A stretch of 32,000 nt of DNA. It comes from Methylorubrum extorquens. Its GTDB lineage: Bacteria > Pseudomonadota > Alphaproteobacteria > Rhizobiales > Beijerinckiaceae. Below, piece by piece: positions 23,957-32,000 of this stretch. Both the position numbers and the translations under genes were made by a program. The number at the start of each line of letters is the position of its first letter. Position 1 is the stretch's first letter. Location of the stretch: contig LT962688.1 of NCBI GenBank assembly GCA_900234795.1, forward strand, positions 5,250,001 to 5,282,000, given 5' to 3'. The notes below the pieces were generated by a model, which made no database searches, had not been told where the DNA came from, and saw only the letters and a program-made list of their open reading frames with translations.

Positions 23957-25234
23957 ATGCCGTCGCTGTCCACCCTGTCGCCCGAAGCGTTGTCGGAGCT
24001 GCGCTCCAGCCTGCGCGGCGAGTACGAAGCCCTGAAAGCGCAAGGCCTCAAGCTCGACATGACCCGCGGCAAGCCCGCCTCCGATCAGCTCGACCTCGCC
24101 GCCGAGATGCTGGCGCTGCCCGGCAACCGCGACACCACCGCCGAGGACGGCACCGACGCGCGCAATTACGGCAACCTCCAGGGCCTGCCCGAGACCCGCG
24201 CGCTGTTCGCGCCAGTGCTCGGCGCGGCGCCGGAGCAGATTGTGATCGCCAACAATTCGAGCCTCGCGCTGATGCACGACGTGCTCGTCTATGCGCTGCT
24301 GAAGGGCGTGCCCGGCGGCACGGGGCCGTGGTCGAAGCAGGAGCCGATCACGATCCTCTGCCCCGTCCCGGGCTATGACCGCCACTTCGCCCTGTGCGAG
24401 GGCTTCGGCATCCGCATGATCCCGATCCCGATGACGGGGGAAGGGCCGGACATGGCGGCGGTCGAACGCGAGGCCGTCGACCCTTCGGTGAAGGGCATCT
24501 GGTGCGTGCCGCAATACTCGAACCCGAGCGGCGAGACCTATTCCGACGAGACCGTCCGGCGGCTGGCCTCGCTGAAGGCGGCGGCGCCCGATTTCCGCAT
24601 CCTGTGGGACAACGCCTACGCGGTGCACCACCTCACCGAGGCGCGGCCCGCGCTGGTCAACATCCTGGAGGCCTGTGCCGAGGCCGGAAACCCGGACCGT
24701 CCGATCGTGTTCGCCTCGACCTCGAAGGTGACGCTGGCGGGCGCGGGCCTCGCGATGCTGGCCGCCTCGCCCGCGAACGTGAAATGGTATCTCGCCCAGG
24801 CCGGGCGCCGCAGCATCGGGCCGGACAAGCTCAACCAGTTGCGCCACGTCCGCTTCCTGCGCGACGCGGCCGAGATCGCCGCGCACATGGAGCGCCACCG
24901 CGCCCTGATCGCCCCGAAATTCGCCGCGGTGGAAGCGGCGTTCGCCGCCCGCCTGGACGGTTGGGAGGTCGCAAGCTGGAGCCGGCCGCTCGGCGGCTAC
25001 TTCATCACGCTCGATGTCGCCGACGGCACTGCCTCGCGGGTCGTCCAACTCGCGGGCGAGGCGGGCATCGCGCTCACGCCCGCCGGCGCGACGCACCCCT
25101 ACGGCAAGGACCCGCACGACCGGACGCTGCGCATCGCGCCGACCTTTCCGGGTCTCGACGCCGTGCGCAAGGCGGCCGAGGCGGTGGCGCTCTGCACATT
25201 GCTCGCGGCGGTGGAGGCGCGGGCAGCGGCGTGA
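23957..25234 (+). CDS. PLP-dependent aminotransferase (class I/II fold)
   Basis: 425 aa. PQYSNPSGETYS (NPxG-type motif) and PLP-lysine context FASTSKVTLAGAGLA. GAGGAA SD before the ATG. Confidence 0.85.
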   Translation: MPSLSTLSPEALSELRSSLRGEYEALKAQGLKLDMTRGKPASDQLDLAAEMLALPGNRDTTAEDGTDARNYGNLQGLPETRALFAPVLGAAPEQIVIANNSSLALMHDVLVYALLKGVPGGTGPWSKQEPITILCPVPGYDRHFALCEGFGIRMIPIPMTGEGPDMAAVEREAVDPSVKGIWCVPQYSNPSGETYSDETVRRLASLKAAAPDFRILWDNAYAVHHLTEARPALVNILEACAEAGNPDRPIVFASTSKVTLAGAGLAMLAASPANVKWYLAQAGRRSIGPDKLNQLRHVRFLRDAAEIAAHMERHRALIAPKFAAVEAAFAARLDGWEVASWSRPLGGYFITLDVADGTASRVVQLAGEAGIALTPAGATHPYGKDPHDRTLRIAPTFPGLDAVRKAAEAVALCTLLAAVEARAAA

Positions 25235-25386
25235 GGGCGAGCCATTCTCCGCAAGTCATGCGGAGAACGGCGCTCCTCATCTCCGCACGTGGTGAATCGG
25301 ATAAATCGGAGCTAACCTCGTCGCCTCTCCCCCGCAAGCGGGGCGAGGGGGATGAGCACAGGCCGGGAGAGCGCTTGGGATCGGCG

Positions 25387-26508
25387 CTACACCACCACGG
25401 TGATCGCCTGCGCCGCCCGGGTCAGGCCGGTATAGAGCCAGCGGGCGCGGTGCTCGCGAAACGCGTAGGACTCGTCGAACAGGACCACCTTGTCCCATTG
25501 CGAGCCCTGCGCCTTGTGGACCGTGAGCGCGTAGCCGTAGGTGAACTCGTCGGTCTCGCGGCGCAGGAAAAGCGGGATCTCCTCCTCCGAGCCCTCGATC
25601 ACCTGCCGCAGCACCTTGATGTCCACGGCGCGGCGGCGCGCCGCCGGGTCGTCCTCCGGCACCACGTCGAGGCGGACCGTGTCGGGGCGGGGCGGGGCGC
25701 GCAGGGCCTGCACCGTCCAGGTCGAGCCGTTGAGCAGGCCCTTGGTGCGGTCGTTGCGCAGGCAGACCAGCTTCTCTCCGACCGAGGGCATCGGGTCGGT
25801 GTGCCCGGCGAGTTCCCGCAGGCGGTTGTTGTAGAGGCGCCGCGTCCGGTTGAGGCCGACCAACACCTGATCGCAATCGAGCACCTGGGCCGGATCGATG
25901 TTGCGGCGGCGCACCACCCGGCTCTGGCCGTACTCGCCGACTTCGAGCCGCCCGCCCTCGCGGATCGTCATCGCCATGCGCACGATCGGGTCGTCGGCGG
26001 CCTGCCGGTGGACGTCGGTGAGCATCACGTCGGGCTCGGCCTCGGTGAAGAAGCCGCCGCCGCGCACCGGCGGCAACTGGGCGGGATCGCCCAGCACCAG
26101 CACCGGCTTGTCGAAGGATAGGAGGTCGTGGCCGAGGTCGGAATCGACCATCGAGCACTCGTCGATGACGATGAGGTCGGCCTTGGCCGCCGGGCCGGAG
26201 CGGTTGAGGCTGAAGGTCGGGCCGCCCTCGTCGCCCTCCTTGGTGCGGTAGATCAGCGAGTGGATTGTCGCCGCGTCGTCGCAGCCCTTTTGGCGCATGA
26301 CCGAGGCCGCCTTGCCGGTGAAGGCGCCGTAGACGACCGGGCCGTCGATGTCGTCGGCGATGCGGCGGGCGAGCGTGGTCTTGCCGGTGCCGGCATAGCC
26401 GAACAGGCGGAAGACCTGGGAGCCTCCCTCCTTGCGCCAGCGGGCGATGGCTTTGAGCGCCTCGTCCTGTTGCGGGGCGAAGCGGGTGGGAAGCGAGGAC
26501 TCGGCCAT
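25387..26508 (-). CDS. Short RecD/Pif1-like SF1 DNA helicase (AAA_30/UvrD_C_2 type)
   Basis: 373 aa. Walker A LFGYAGTGKTTLARRI, Walker B LIVIDECSMVD, LVLGDPAQLPPV, and C-terminal YALTVHKAQGSQWDKVVL. Confidence 0.85.
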   Translation of the reverse strand: MAESSLPTRFAPQQDEALKAIARWRKEGGSQVFRLFGYAGTGKTTLARRIADDIDGPVVYGAFTGKAASVMRQKGCDDAATIHSLIYRTKEGDEGGPTFSLNRSGPAAKADLIVIDECSMVDSDLGHDLLSFDKPVLVLGDPAQLPPVRGGGFFTEAEPDVMLTDVHRQAADDPIVRMAMTIREGGRLEVGEYGQSRVVRRRNIDPAQVLDCDQVLVGLNRTRRLYNNRLRELAGHTDPMPSVGEKLVCLRNDRTKGLLNGSTWTVQALRAPPRPDTVRLDVVPEDDPAARRRAVDIKVLRQVIEGSEEEIPLFLRRETDEFTYGYALTVHKAQGSQWDKVVLFDESYAFREHRARWLYTGLTRAAQAITVVV

Positions 26509-26555
26509 GGCGTCACGTCATAAACGAGTCGACCGATTTGTGGACCGTCTTCCGA

Positions 26556-27479
26556 TCAGGGCCAGCGCACGGTCGGCGGCAGCGAGGACAGGATCGAGGC
26601 GACGTTGCCGCCGGTCTTCAGGCCGAAGATCGTGCCGCGGTCGTAGAGCAGGTTGAACTCGACGTAGCGCCCGCGCCGCACCTGCTGCTCCTCCCGGTCG
26701 GCCTCGGTCCAGGCTTGCGCGAGGTTGCGCCGGACGATCTCCGGATAGGCCTTCAGGAAGGCCCCGCCGACATCGCGGGTATAGGCGAGGTCCGCCTGCG
26801 GATCGCCGGTCCAGTGATAGTCGTAGAAGATGCCGCCGATGCCGCGGGGCTCGTTGCGGTGCTTGAGGTGGAAATACTCGTCGCACCACGCCTTGTACTT
26901 CTCGTAGTCGGCGGCCGGCGCATGTTTCTCGCAGGCCTCGCGCAGGCAGGCATGGAAGAACTGCGTGTCCGGGTCTTCCTGCGTGCGGCGCCGGTCGAGC
27001 ACCGGGGTGAGGTCGGCCCCGCCGCCGAACCACGCCTTCGTCGTCACGACGAAGCGGGTGTTCATGTGCACCGTCGGAACGTTCGGGTTCCAGGGGTGGA
27101 CGATCAGCGAGATGCCGGTGGCGAAGAAGCGCGGATCTTCGGCCGCGCCCGGCATCTGCGCGCGGAATTCCGGCGCGAACTCGCCGTGAACGGTCGAGAT
27201 GTGGACGCCGGCCTTCTCGAACACGCGGCCCTTCAGCATCGCCATGACGCCGCCGCCGCCCGGCGCGCCGCTATGGTCGGTACGCTGCCACGGGGTCTTC
27301 TCGAATGTCCCGGCCTCTTTCGGGGCATCGGGATGGAAGGGGCCTGTCGCCTCCGCCTCCAGCGTTTCCAGCGCGGTGACGATCCGGTCGCGCAGGGTGG
27401 AAAACCACGCCCCCGCCTCGCTCTTCAGCGCGGCGAGGTCGTCGGGTGAGGGGAGGGGAGAAGCCGTCGCGTCGCTCAT
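26556..27479 (-). CDS. hemF: Oxygen-dependent coproporphyrinogen III oxidase HemF
   Basis: [68 protein letters not shown] prefer the ATG at 27479. The track start at 27515 is a TTG lying 7 nt after the receptor stop, so the start is uncertain. Confidence 0.92.
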   Translation of the reverse strand: MSDATASPLPSPDDLAALKSEAGAWFSTLRDRIVTALETLEAEATGPFHPDAPKEAGTFEKTPWQRTDHSGAPGGGGVMAMLKGRVFEKAGVHISTVHGEFAPEFRAQMPGAAEDPRFFATGISLIVHPWNPNVPTVHMNTRFVVTTKAWFGGGADLTPVLDRRRTQEDPDTQFFHACLREACEKHAPAADYEKYKAWCDEYFHLKHRNEPRGIGGIFYDYHWTGDPQADLAYTRDVGGAFLKAYPEIVRRNLAQAWTEADREEQQVRRGRYVEFNLLYDRGTIFGLKTGGNVASILSSLPPTVRWP

Positions 27480-27522
27480 GCGAGAGGCTTTCCCACCCGG
27501 GACGCGATCCGTCAATTCGGGC

Positions 27523-29709
27523 TCAGAACTTGTAGGTCAGGCTGCCCAGAATCGTGCGCCGCGTGCCGACGAAGCAGTCGCCGCGGGCAAGGCAGGTCGA
27601 GAGATACCGCGTGTCGGCGATGTTGGAGACGTTGAGTTGCGCGCGCCAATGCGCGTCCTCCCAGCCGACCAGCGCATCGGCAAGCGTCACGGTCGGGGTG
27701 TTGAAGCTGTTGAGCGAGCCGTCGAAGGATTCGCCGATATGGCGCACGCCGCCACCGACGAGGAAGGAGCCGGGCACCTCGGCCAGGGTGAAGCGGTGCG
27801 TCACCCAGAGCGAGGCGAGGTGCAGCGGCTGCGTCTCGACCCGCGCCCCGGCATTGTCGCCGGCCGCGTAGCGGGCATCGGTATAGGCGTAGCTCGCGAT
27901 GATGTTGGTGTCGTTGTTGATCGTCGCGATCGCCTCGATGTCGCCGCCCTGGATCTTGACCTTCCCGGTCTGGATCGAGATCGGCAGGCCGCTCGGATCG
28001 GGGGTGAGCCGGTTGCGCTCCACCGTGTCGTAGATCGCCGCGTTGACCGCGAACCACGGGGTCGGGTTGTACTTGAAGCCGCCCTCGATCTGCTCGCCCT
28101 CGATCGGCCGGCAGGCCCCGCCCGCGCAGACATTGGCGCCGAAGATCGGGGTGAACGAGGTCGCGTAGGAGACGTAAGGGGTCAGCCCGTTCTCGAAGGC
28201 GTACATCAGGCCGATGCGGCCCGTGGTGGCCTCGCCGGCGACGCTCTCGGCGCCGCGCGTGGCGCTGTTCACCCAATCGTGCCGCATCGTGGCGAGCACG
28301 ATCCACTGACCGAACTTGATCTGATCCTGCAGGTAGAGGCCGGTCTGGCTCTGCGAGAGCGCGGTCGGCACGCCGAGATCCGGCGGGGTCACGCCGACAT
28401 AGACCGGCGCGTAGAGATCGAACGGGCGGGCATCGGTGCCGAAGCCGGTGCGGGTGCTGTCCCATTGCTGGCGGAAATCGACGCCGCCCAGCACCGTGTG
28501 CGAGATCGGCCCGGTATCAAACCGCCCCTGGAGGTTGGTGTCGGTGGTGATCCGGTCCTTGACCGAGCTGACGCGGTAAGTGAACCGATCGACCGTCCGG
28601 CGGGCCGGGTCGAGGAACGGCGCGTTCGGCAAATCCGCGCTCGGTGTCAGCGTGTAGACGTTGCCGTAGGCCGATTGATACGTGCCGTCGATGTGGCTGT
28701 AGCGCAGGTTCTGCCGCAGGATCAGGCTGTCGTCGAAGCGGTGCTCGAACAGGCTGGTGATCGAACTCGTCTCGGTCTCGTAGCGGTTGAAGTTCGGGTC
28801 GCCCGTGAAGCGGTTCAGCGGGATGAGGCCGTTGGGGCCGGCATAGAGCGAGCCCTCGCGCGGCAGGAAGGCGTCGGAGGCGCCGAACGCGTCCTTCTGG
28901 TGCAGGCCGATCAGGGTCCAGCTCGTGTCGGCGGAGGGGCGCCACGTCACCGAGGGGTTGATGACGTAGCGGTCGTTGGCGACGAAATCGGTCTGCGCGT
29001 CGGCGAGCCGCCCGACGCCGACGAAGCGGTAGAGGAACTGTCCGTCCTCGGTCAGGCGCCCGGTCGAATCCGTGAAGGCTTCCTTCCAGCCGTAATTGCC
29101 GAACCGCACCCCGGCCTCCGTATAGGGCACGTCGAGCGGGCGCTTCGAGACGAGGTTGATCAACCCGCCGACGGGGCTCGACCCGTAGAGGGTCGAGGCG
29201 GGGCCGCGCAGCACCTCGAAGCGCGACAGGGTGTAGGGATCGGGCCGCGGCTCGTTGAAGACGTCGGGGTCCTTCAGGCGCAGGCCGTCGAGGAAGATCG
29301 CCGCGTCCGAGCCGCGGATGCGCGGATAGTCGCCGCGGGTGCTGGGGCCATAGGCTTCCGCGGCGACGCCCGCGGTGTAGCGCAGGGCTTCCTGCACGCT
29401 GGTGGCCGCCTGCTCACGGACCTGCTGCTCGCCGACGACCGAGATCGATTGCGGCGTCTCCTTCAACGCGGTGTCCGTCTTGGTGCCGGTGGCGCTGCGC
29501 TGCGCGACGTAGCCGGGGACCGGACCGAAGGCGCTCTCGGTGCCGGCTCCGCCGGGGCCGCTGCCGCCCCGGCCCGAACCCTCGACGCTGAGCGTTTCCA
29601 GCGTCACCGCCTCCTGCGCCCACGCCGCGCCGGAGGAACCGAGGGCGGCCGTGCCGGCGAGAAAAGCGGCAAGTCCGTAACGCAGTCGATCACGCAACGC
29701 AGACGACAT
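27523..29709 (-). CDS. TonB-dependent siderophore receptor (FhuA/FhuE-like)
   Basis: 728 aa. Signal peptide ending AWAQEA, TonB-box-like [10 protein letters not shown], plug motif [46 protein letters not shown], and terminal LTYKF. Confidence 0.93.
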   Translation of the reverse strand: MSSALRDRLRYGLAAFLAGTAALGSSGAAWAQEAVTLETLSVEGSGRGGSGPGGAGTESAFGPVPGYVAQRSATGTKTDTALKETPQSISVVGEQQVREQAATSVQEALRYTAGVAAEAYGPSTRGDYPRIRGSDAAIFLDGLRLKDPDVFNEPRPDPYTLSRFEVLRGPASTLYGSSPVGGLINLVSKRPLDVPYTEAGVRFGNYGWKEAFTDSTGRLTEDGQFLYRFVGVGRLADAQTDFVANDRYVINPSVTWRPSADTSWTLIGLHQKDAFGASDAFLPREGSLYAGPNGLIPLNRFTGDPNFNRYETETSSITSLFEHRFDDSLILRQNLRYSHIDGTYQSAYGNVYTLTPSADLPNAPFLDPARRTVDRFTYRVSSVKDRITTDTNLQGRFDTGPISHTVLGGVDFRQQWDSTRTGFGTDARPFDLYAPVYVGVTPPDLGVPTALSQSQTGLYLQDQIKFGQWIVLATMRHDWVNSATRGAESVAGEATTGRIGLMYAFENGLTPYVSYATSFTPIFGANVCAGGACRPIEGEQIEGGFKYNPTPWFAVNAAIYDTVERNRLTPDPSGLPISIQTGKVKIQGGDIEAIATINNDTNIIASYAYTDARYAAGDNAGARVETQPLHLASLWVTHRFTLAEVPGSFLVGGGVRHIGESFDGSLNSFNTPTVTLADALVGWEDAHWRAQLNVSNIADTRYLSTCLARGDCFVGTRRTILGSLTYKF

Positions 29710-29790
29710 CCAGGAACCCAGTTTCGTTATTCGCTGATGAGGCAGCTAGAACGAGGCGCTGAGCTTCGCAACACAGGTTACGTTTCTGGA

Positions 29791-29807
29791 AATAGAACGA
29801 TTCAATT
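29791..29807. promoter_or_regulatory. Irr/ICE-like inverted repeat upstream of the TonB-dependent receptor-hemF pair
   Basis: AATAGAACGATTCAATT compared with the Bradyrhizobium iron control element TTTAGAA-N3-TTCTAAA. The core TAGAA-N3-TTC is conserved, with 9 of 14 specified positions matching. It lies 82-98 nt upstream of the receptor ATG in an AT-richer spacer. Confidence 0.3.
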
Positions 29808-29900
29808 CTTCAGGGTGATCCGGGTTTAGCTTCAAGCATCAGGCGTGAGCTTCGGGGAGATCATGCCTGTGTACATTCCTGCTTCGCTGTTTCTTTTCGG

Positions 29901-31607
29901 TCACTCGGCTGCGGCGGCATGCCCGTTGGCGGCCGGCTCGACGGCCGTTCCGTTCCGCAGCCCGCCGACCAAGGTATCGAGGCTGCCCTTGCCCTCGGCG
30001 AAGCCTGCTTCGTTCAAAATCGCGCCGAGGATCGGGCTGTTGTACTGGTAGCGCAGCAGGTGGCCCGAAAGGCTGTCGCCGAAATTGGCCGAGACGCCGC
30101 CCGCGCCGTTGCCGCCGCCCATCATCCCGCCCGCATCGAAGATGCGGATCGAGTCGATCTTCTCCACCGCCCGCATGCTCTCGCGCAGGGCATCCGGGAT
30201 GATGCCGAGGCGCTTGAGGTTCGTCTCGAAAGCGCGGGCCTCCGCCGACAGCGCGTTGCGGGCCTCGTTCATCACCCGCTCGCGCTCGGCCTCGGCCTGT
30301 CCGAGCTTGGCGATGGCCTCCGCCCGCGAGGCGGCGGCGGTCGCCTCGGCCTCGGCCAGGGTGATGATGGCGTTGGCCCGGTCTTCGGCGGCGCGCCGCT
30401 CGGCCTCCGCCGTCACGGTGACGCCGGTCGCCTCCCGCTCGGCCTCCTGCTTGGCGGCGATGACGGTGACCTCGCGCTCACGCTCGGCGATCTCCTTGGC
30501 TTTTGCCGTAGCGACCCGTTCCTCCGCGGCCACGGCGAGCGCCTCCGCCGCCTTGGCGGCGGCACGGGCCTGCGACTCCTTCTCGGAGCGCTCGGCGATC
30601 TTGATGGCGTTGTCCTGAAGGATGAGTTGACGCTCGCGCTCGGCCTCCGCGTTGCGCTGGGCGATGGCCAGATCCGCCTCGATCCGCGCGCCCTCCGAGT
30701 TCTTGCGCGCCTCGGCCTCGCGCAGCCGCACCACCTGCTCGCGCTCGATCCGCGCGGTCTCCTCGCTTTGCTGGGCGCGCTGCTCGGCCTGGGCGGTCTC
30801 GGCCCGGGTCTCCGCGGTCTTGTTGGCGATGTCGCGCTCCTGGGCGAGTTCCGCCTCGCGGGTGGTGCGCTTGATCTCGAGCTGCTTCAGCGCGGTCTCG
30901 CGGTCCTTCTCGGCCACCGCGACCTCGGCGTCGCGCTCGGTGGCGTTGCGCTCCTTGCGGCGCTGCTCGGTGATCTCCTTCAACCGCGCGAGGCCTTCCG
31001 CGTCGAACGAGTTGTCCGGGTTGAAATGCTCGATCGAGGTCTGGTCGAGGCGGGTCAGCGAGGCGGATTCGAGTTCGAGGCCGTTGTGGCGCAGGTCGCC
31101 CGAGACCGCCTCCTGCACGCCCTTCACGAAGGCGGCGCGCTTCTCCTGAAGGTCGGGCAGGGTCATGCCGGCAGCGACCGAGCGCAGGGCATCGACGAAC
31201 TTCGCCTCGATCAGCTCGCGCAGCAGCATCGCGTCGTTGGTGCGGTCACCCAGCGTCTGGGCAGCGAGCGCGATCGATTCCTCCTTGGGCTCCACGCGCA
31301 CGTAGAACTCCACGGTGATGTCGGCGCGCAGACGGTCCTTGGTGATGAGCGACTCGTTGCCGGAGCGCTTCACTTCGAGCCGCAGGGTGTTGAGGTTCAC
31401 CATGGCGATGGAGTGGAACACCGGCAGCAGCACCGCGCCGCCATCGACCACGACCTTGCGCCCGCCGAGACCCGTGCGGACGAAGGCGGTGTCCCGCGTC
31501 GTGCGCCGATAGAGCCGGCTGAACACGAAGCCGATGCCGAGCAACGCGACGACGATGATGCCGGCGATCACCAGCAGGTTGATGATGCCGGGGCTGATCA
31601 AATCCAT
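29901..31607 (-). CDS. Flotillin-like SPFH/band-7 protein (YqiK-like) with long Ala/Glu/Arg coiled-coil
   Basis: 568 aa. N-terminal TM (INLLVIAGIIVVALLGIGFVF) and an SPFH core (FVRTGLGGRKVVVDGGAVLLPVFHSIAMVNLNTLRLEV...ITVEFYVRV). An EA-rich helical region follows (AEREREVTVIAAKQEAEREA...). Confidence 0.9.
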   Translation of the reverse strand: MDLISPGIINLLVIAGIIVVALLGIGFVFSRLYRRTTRDTAFVRTGLGGRKVVVDGGAVLLPVFHSIAMVNLNTLRLEVKRSGNESLITKDRLRADITVEFYVRVEPKEESIALAAQTLGDRTNDAMLLRELIEAKFVDALRSVAAGMTLPDLQEKRAAFVKGVQEAVSGDLRHNGLELESASLTRLDQTSIEHFNPDNSFDAEGLARLKEITEQRRKERNATERDAEVAVAEKDRETALKQLEIKRTTREAELAQERDIANKTAETRAETAQAEQRAQQSEETARIEREQVVRLREAEARKNSEGARIEADLAIAQRNAEAERERQLILQDNAIKIAERSEKESQARAAAKAAEALAVAAEERVATAKAKEIAEREREVTVIAAKQEAEREATGVTVTAEAERRAAEDRANAIITLAEAEATAAASRAEAIAKLGQAEAERERVMNEARNALSAEARAFETNLKRLGIIPDALRESMRAVEKIDSIRIFDAGGMMGGGNGAGGVSANFGDSLSGHLLRYQYNSPILGAILNEAGFAEGKGSLDTLVGGLRNGTAVEPAANGHAAAAE

Positions 31608-31643
31608 CGTGAGCGACCCTTTCGGTGGGGAGAGAAGAAGCGA

Positions 31644-32000
31644 TCAGAGATCCGGCGCGGCGGGCACCGCGACGTAGACGGCGTCGGCCCGGTCCACGAT
31701 CAGCACGCGGGCGCCGGCTTCCATGGCCGGGGCTCCGGGGGCGGCGCGGGTGCGCAGGAAGTGGGTGTTGCCGTGGCGGTCCAATGCCCGGACTTGGCCC
31801 GGAAGGCCTTGGTCGAGCGGCCCGAGGGTGACCTCCGCAGTCGCGCCGATCAGGTCGTCGGCGCTCACGACGTAGCTCTCGTCCCGCGGGATCAGCCGGG
31901 CGATAGCCTTGGTCGAGACCCGCAGGGCCGGCAGCGTCGCCGCTCCGGCGACCGGAATTGCCAGGAGGGCGGGCAGCGGCGCGATCACGGCCGCGGCGAG
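31644..32000 (-). CDS. NfeD/YqiJ-like membrane protein, 5' end off the window
   Basis: C-terminal OB-like segment LIGATAEVTLGPLDQGLPGQVRALDRHGNTHFLRTRAAPGAPAMEAGARVLIVDRADAVYVAVP. It lies immediately upstream of the flotillin gene, as in the classical yqiJ-yqiK pairing. The frame is open to the window edge. Confidence 0.6.
   Translation of the reverse strand, partial: LAAAVIAPLPALLAIPVAGAATLPALRVSTKAIARLIPRDESYVVSADDLIGATAEVTLGPLDQGLPGQVRALDRHGNTHFLRTRAAPGAPAMEAGARVLIVDRADAVYVAVPAAPDL

Noticed and set aside
27199-29829. 876-aa plus-strand ORF antisense to the TonB-dependent receptor
   Set aside because: It is an Arg/Gly/Ala-rich shadow frame. The minus strand has a signal peptide, plug motifs and a terminal aromatic residue typical of TonB-dependent receptors.

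Overview
High-GC (about 70% by eye) alphaproteobacterial chromosome segment. The gene order is Rhizobiales-type: flgE-flgK-flgL-flaF-flbT-flgD-fliQ-flhA-fliR, plus an FtcR-like regulator beside the flagellin gene, as in Brucella, Bradyrhizobium and Methylobacterium-style loci. The core (about 5.4-23.6 kb) is a flagellar cluster. Two tightly packed minus-strand gene strings run membrane protein-DUF1217-flgF-fliI and flgE through a fliL-like gene. Next come a small plus-strand PilZ gene, a 522-bp non-coding spacer, one large flagellin gene, and a convergent ftcR-like orphan response regulator. The left flank carries a PAS histidine kinase (5' end off window), a PG-binding protein, DUF1491-like and DUF2336-like genes, a DapA-family lyase, and an AT-richer islet with an orphan 104-aa ORF. 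The right flank carries an aminotransferase, a short RecD/Pif1-like helicase, a TonB-dependent siderophore receptor followed by hemF, and a flotillin (YqiK-like)/NfeD (YqiJ-like) pair that runs off the window. I found no rRNA, tRNA, CRISPR array, transposase or integrase. I do not see a convincing novel multi-gene protein system. The most unusual content is non-coding. (1) A CGGGACGATGCG / ACGATGC motif family is concentrated in flagellar intergenic regions: a cluster upstream of flagellin, one copy within a 46-nt palindromic element found in two copies, and a palindrome across the ftcR start codon. (2) The flagellin-proximal leader is highly structured and contains a duplicated 15-mer hairpin. 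(3) A perfect CtrA box with a matching -10 element lies upstream of ftcR. All family names come from motifs I recognise by reading. No database search was possible, and start codons are best guesses.
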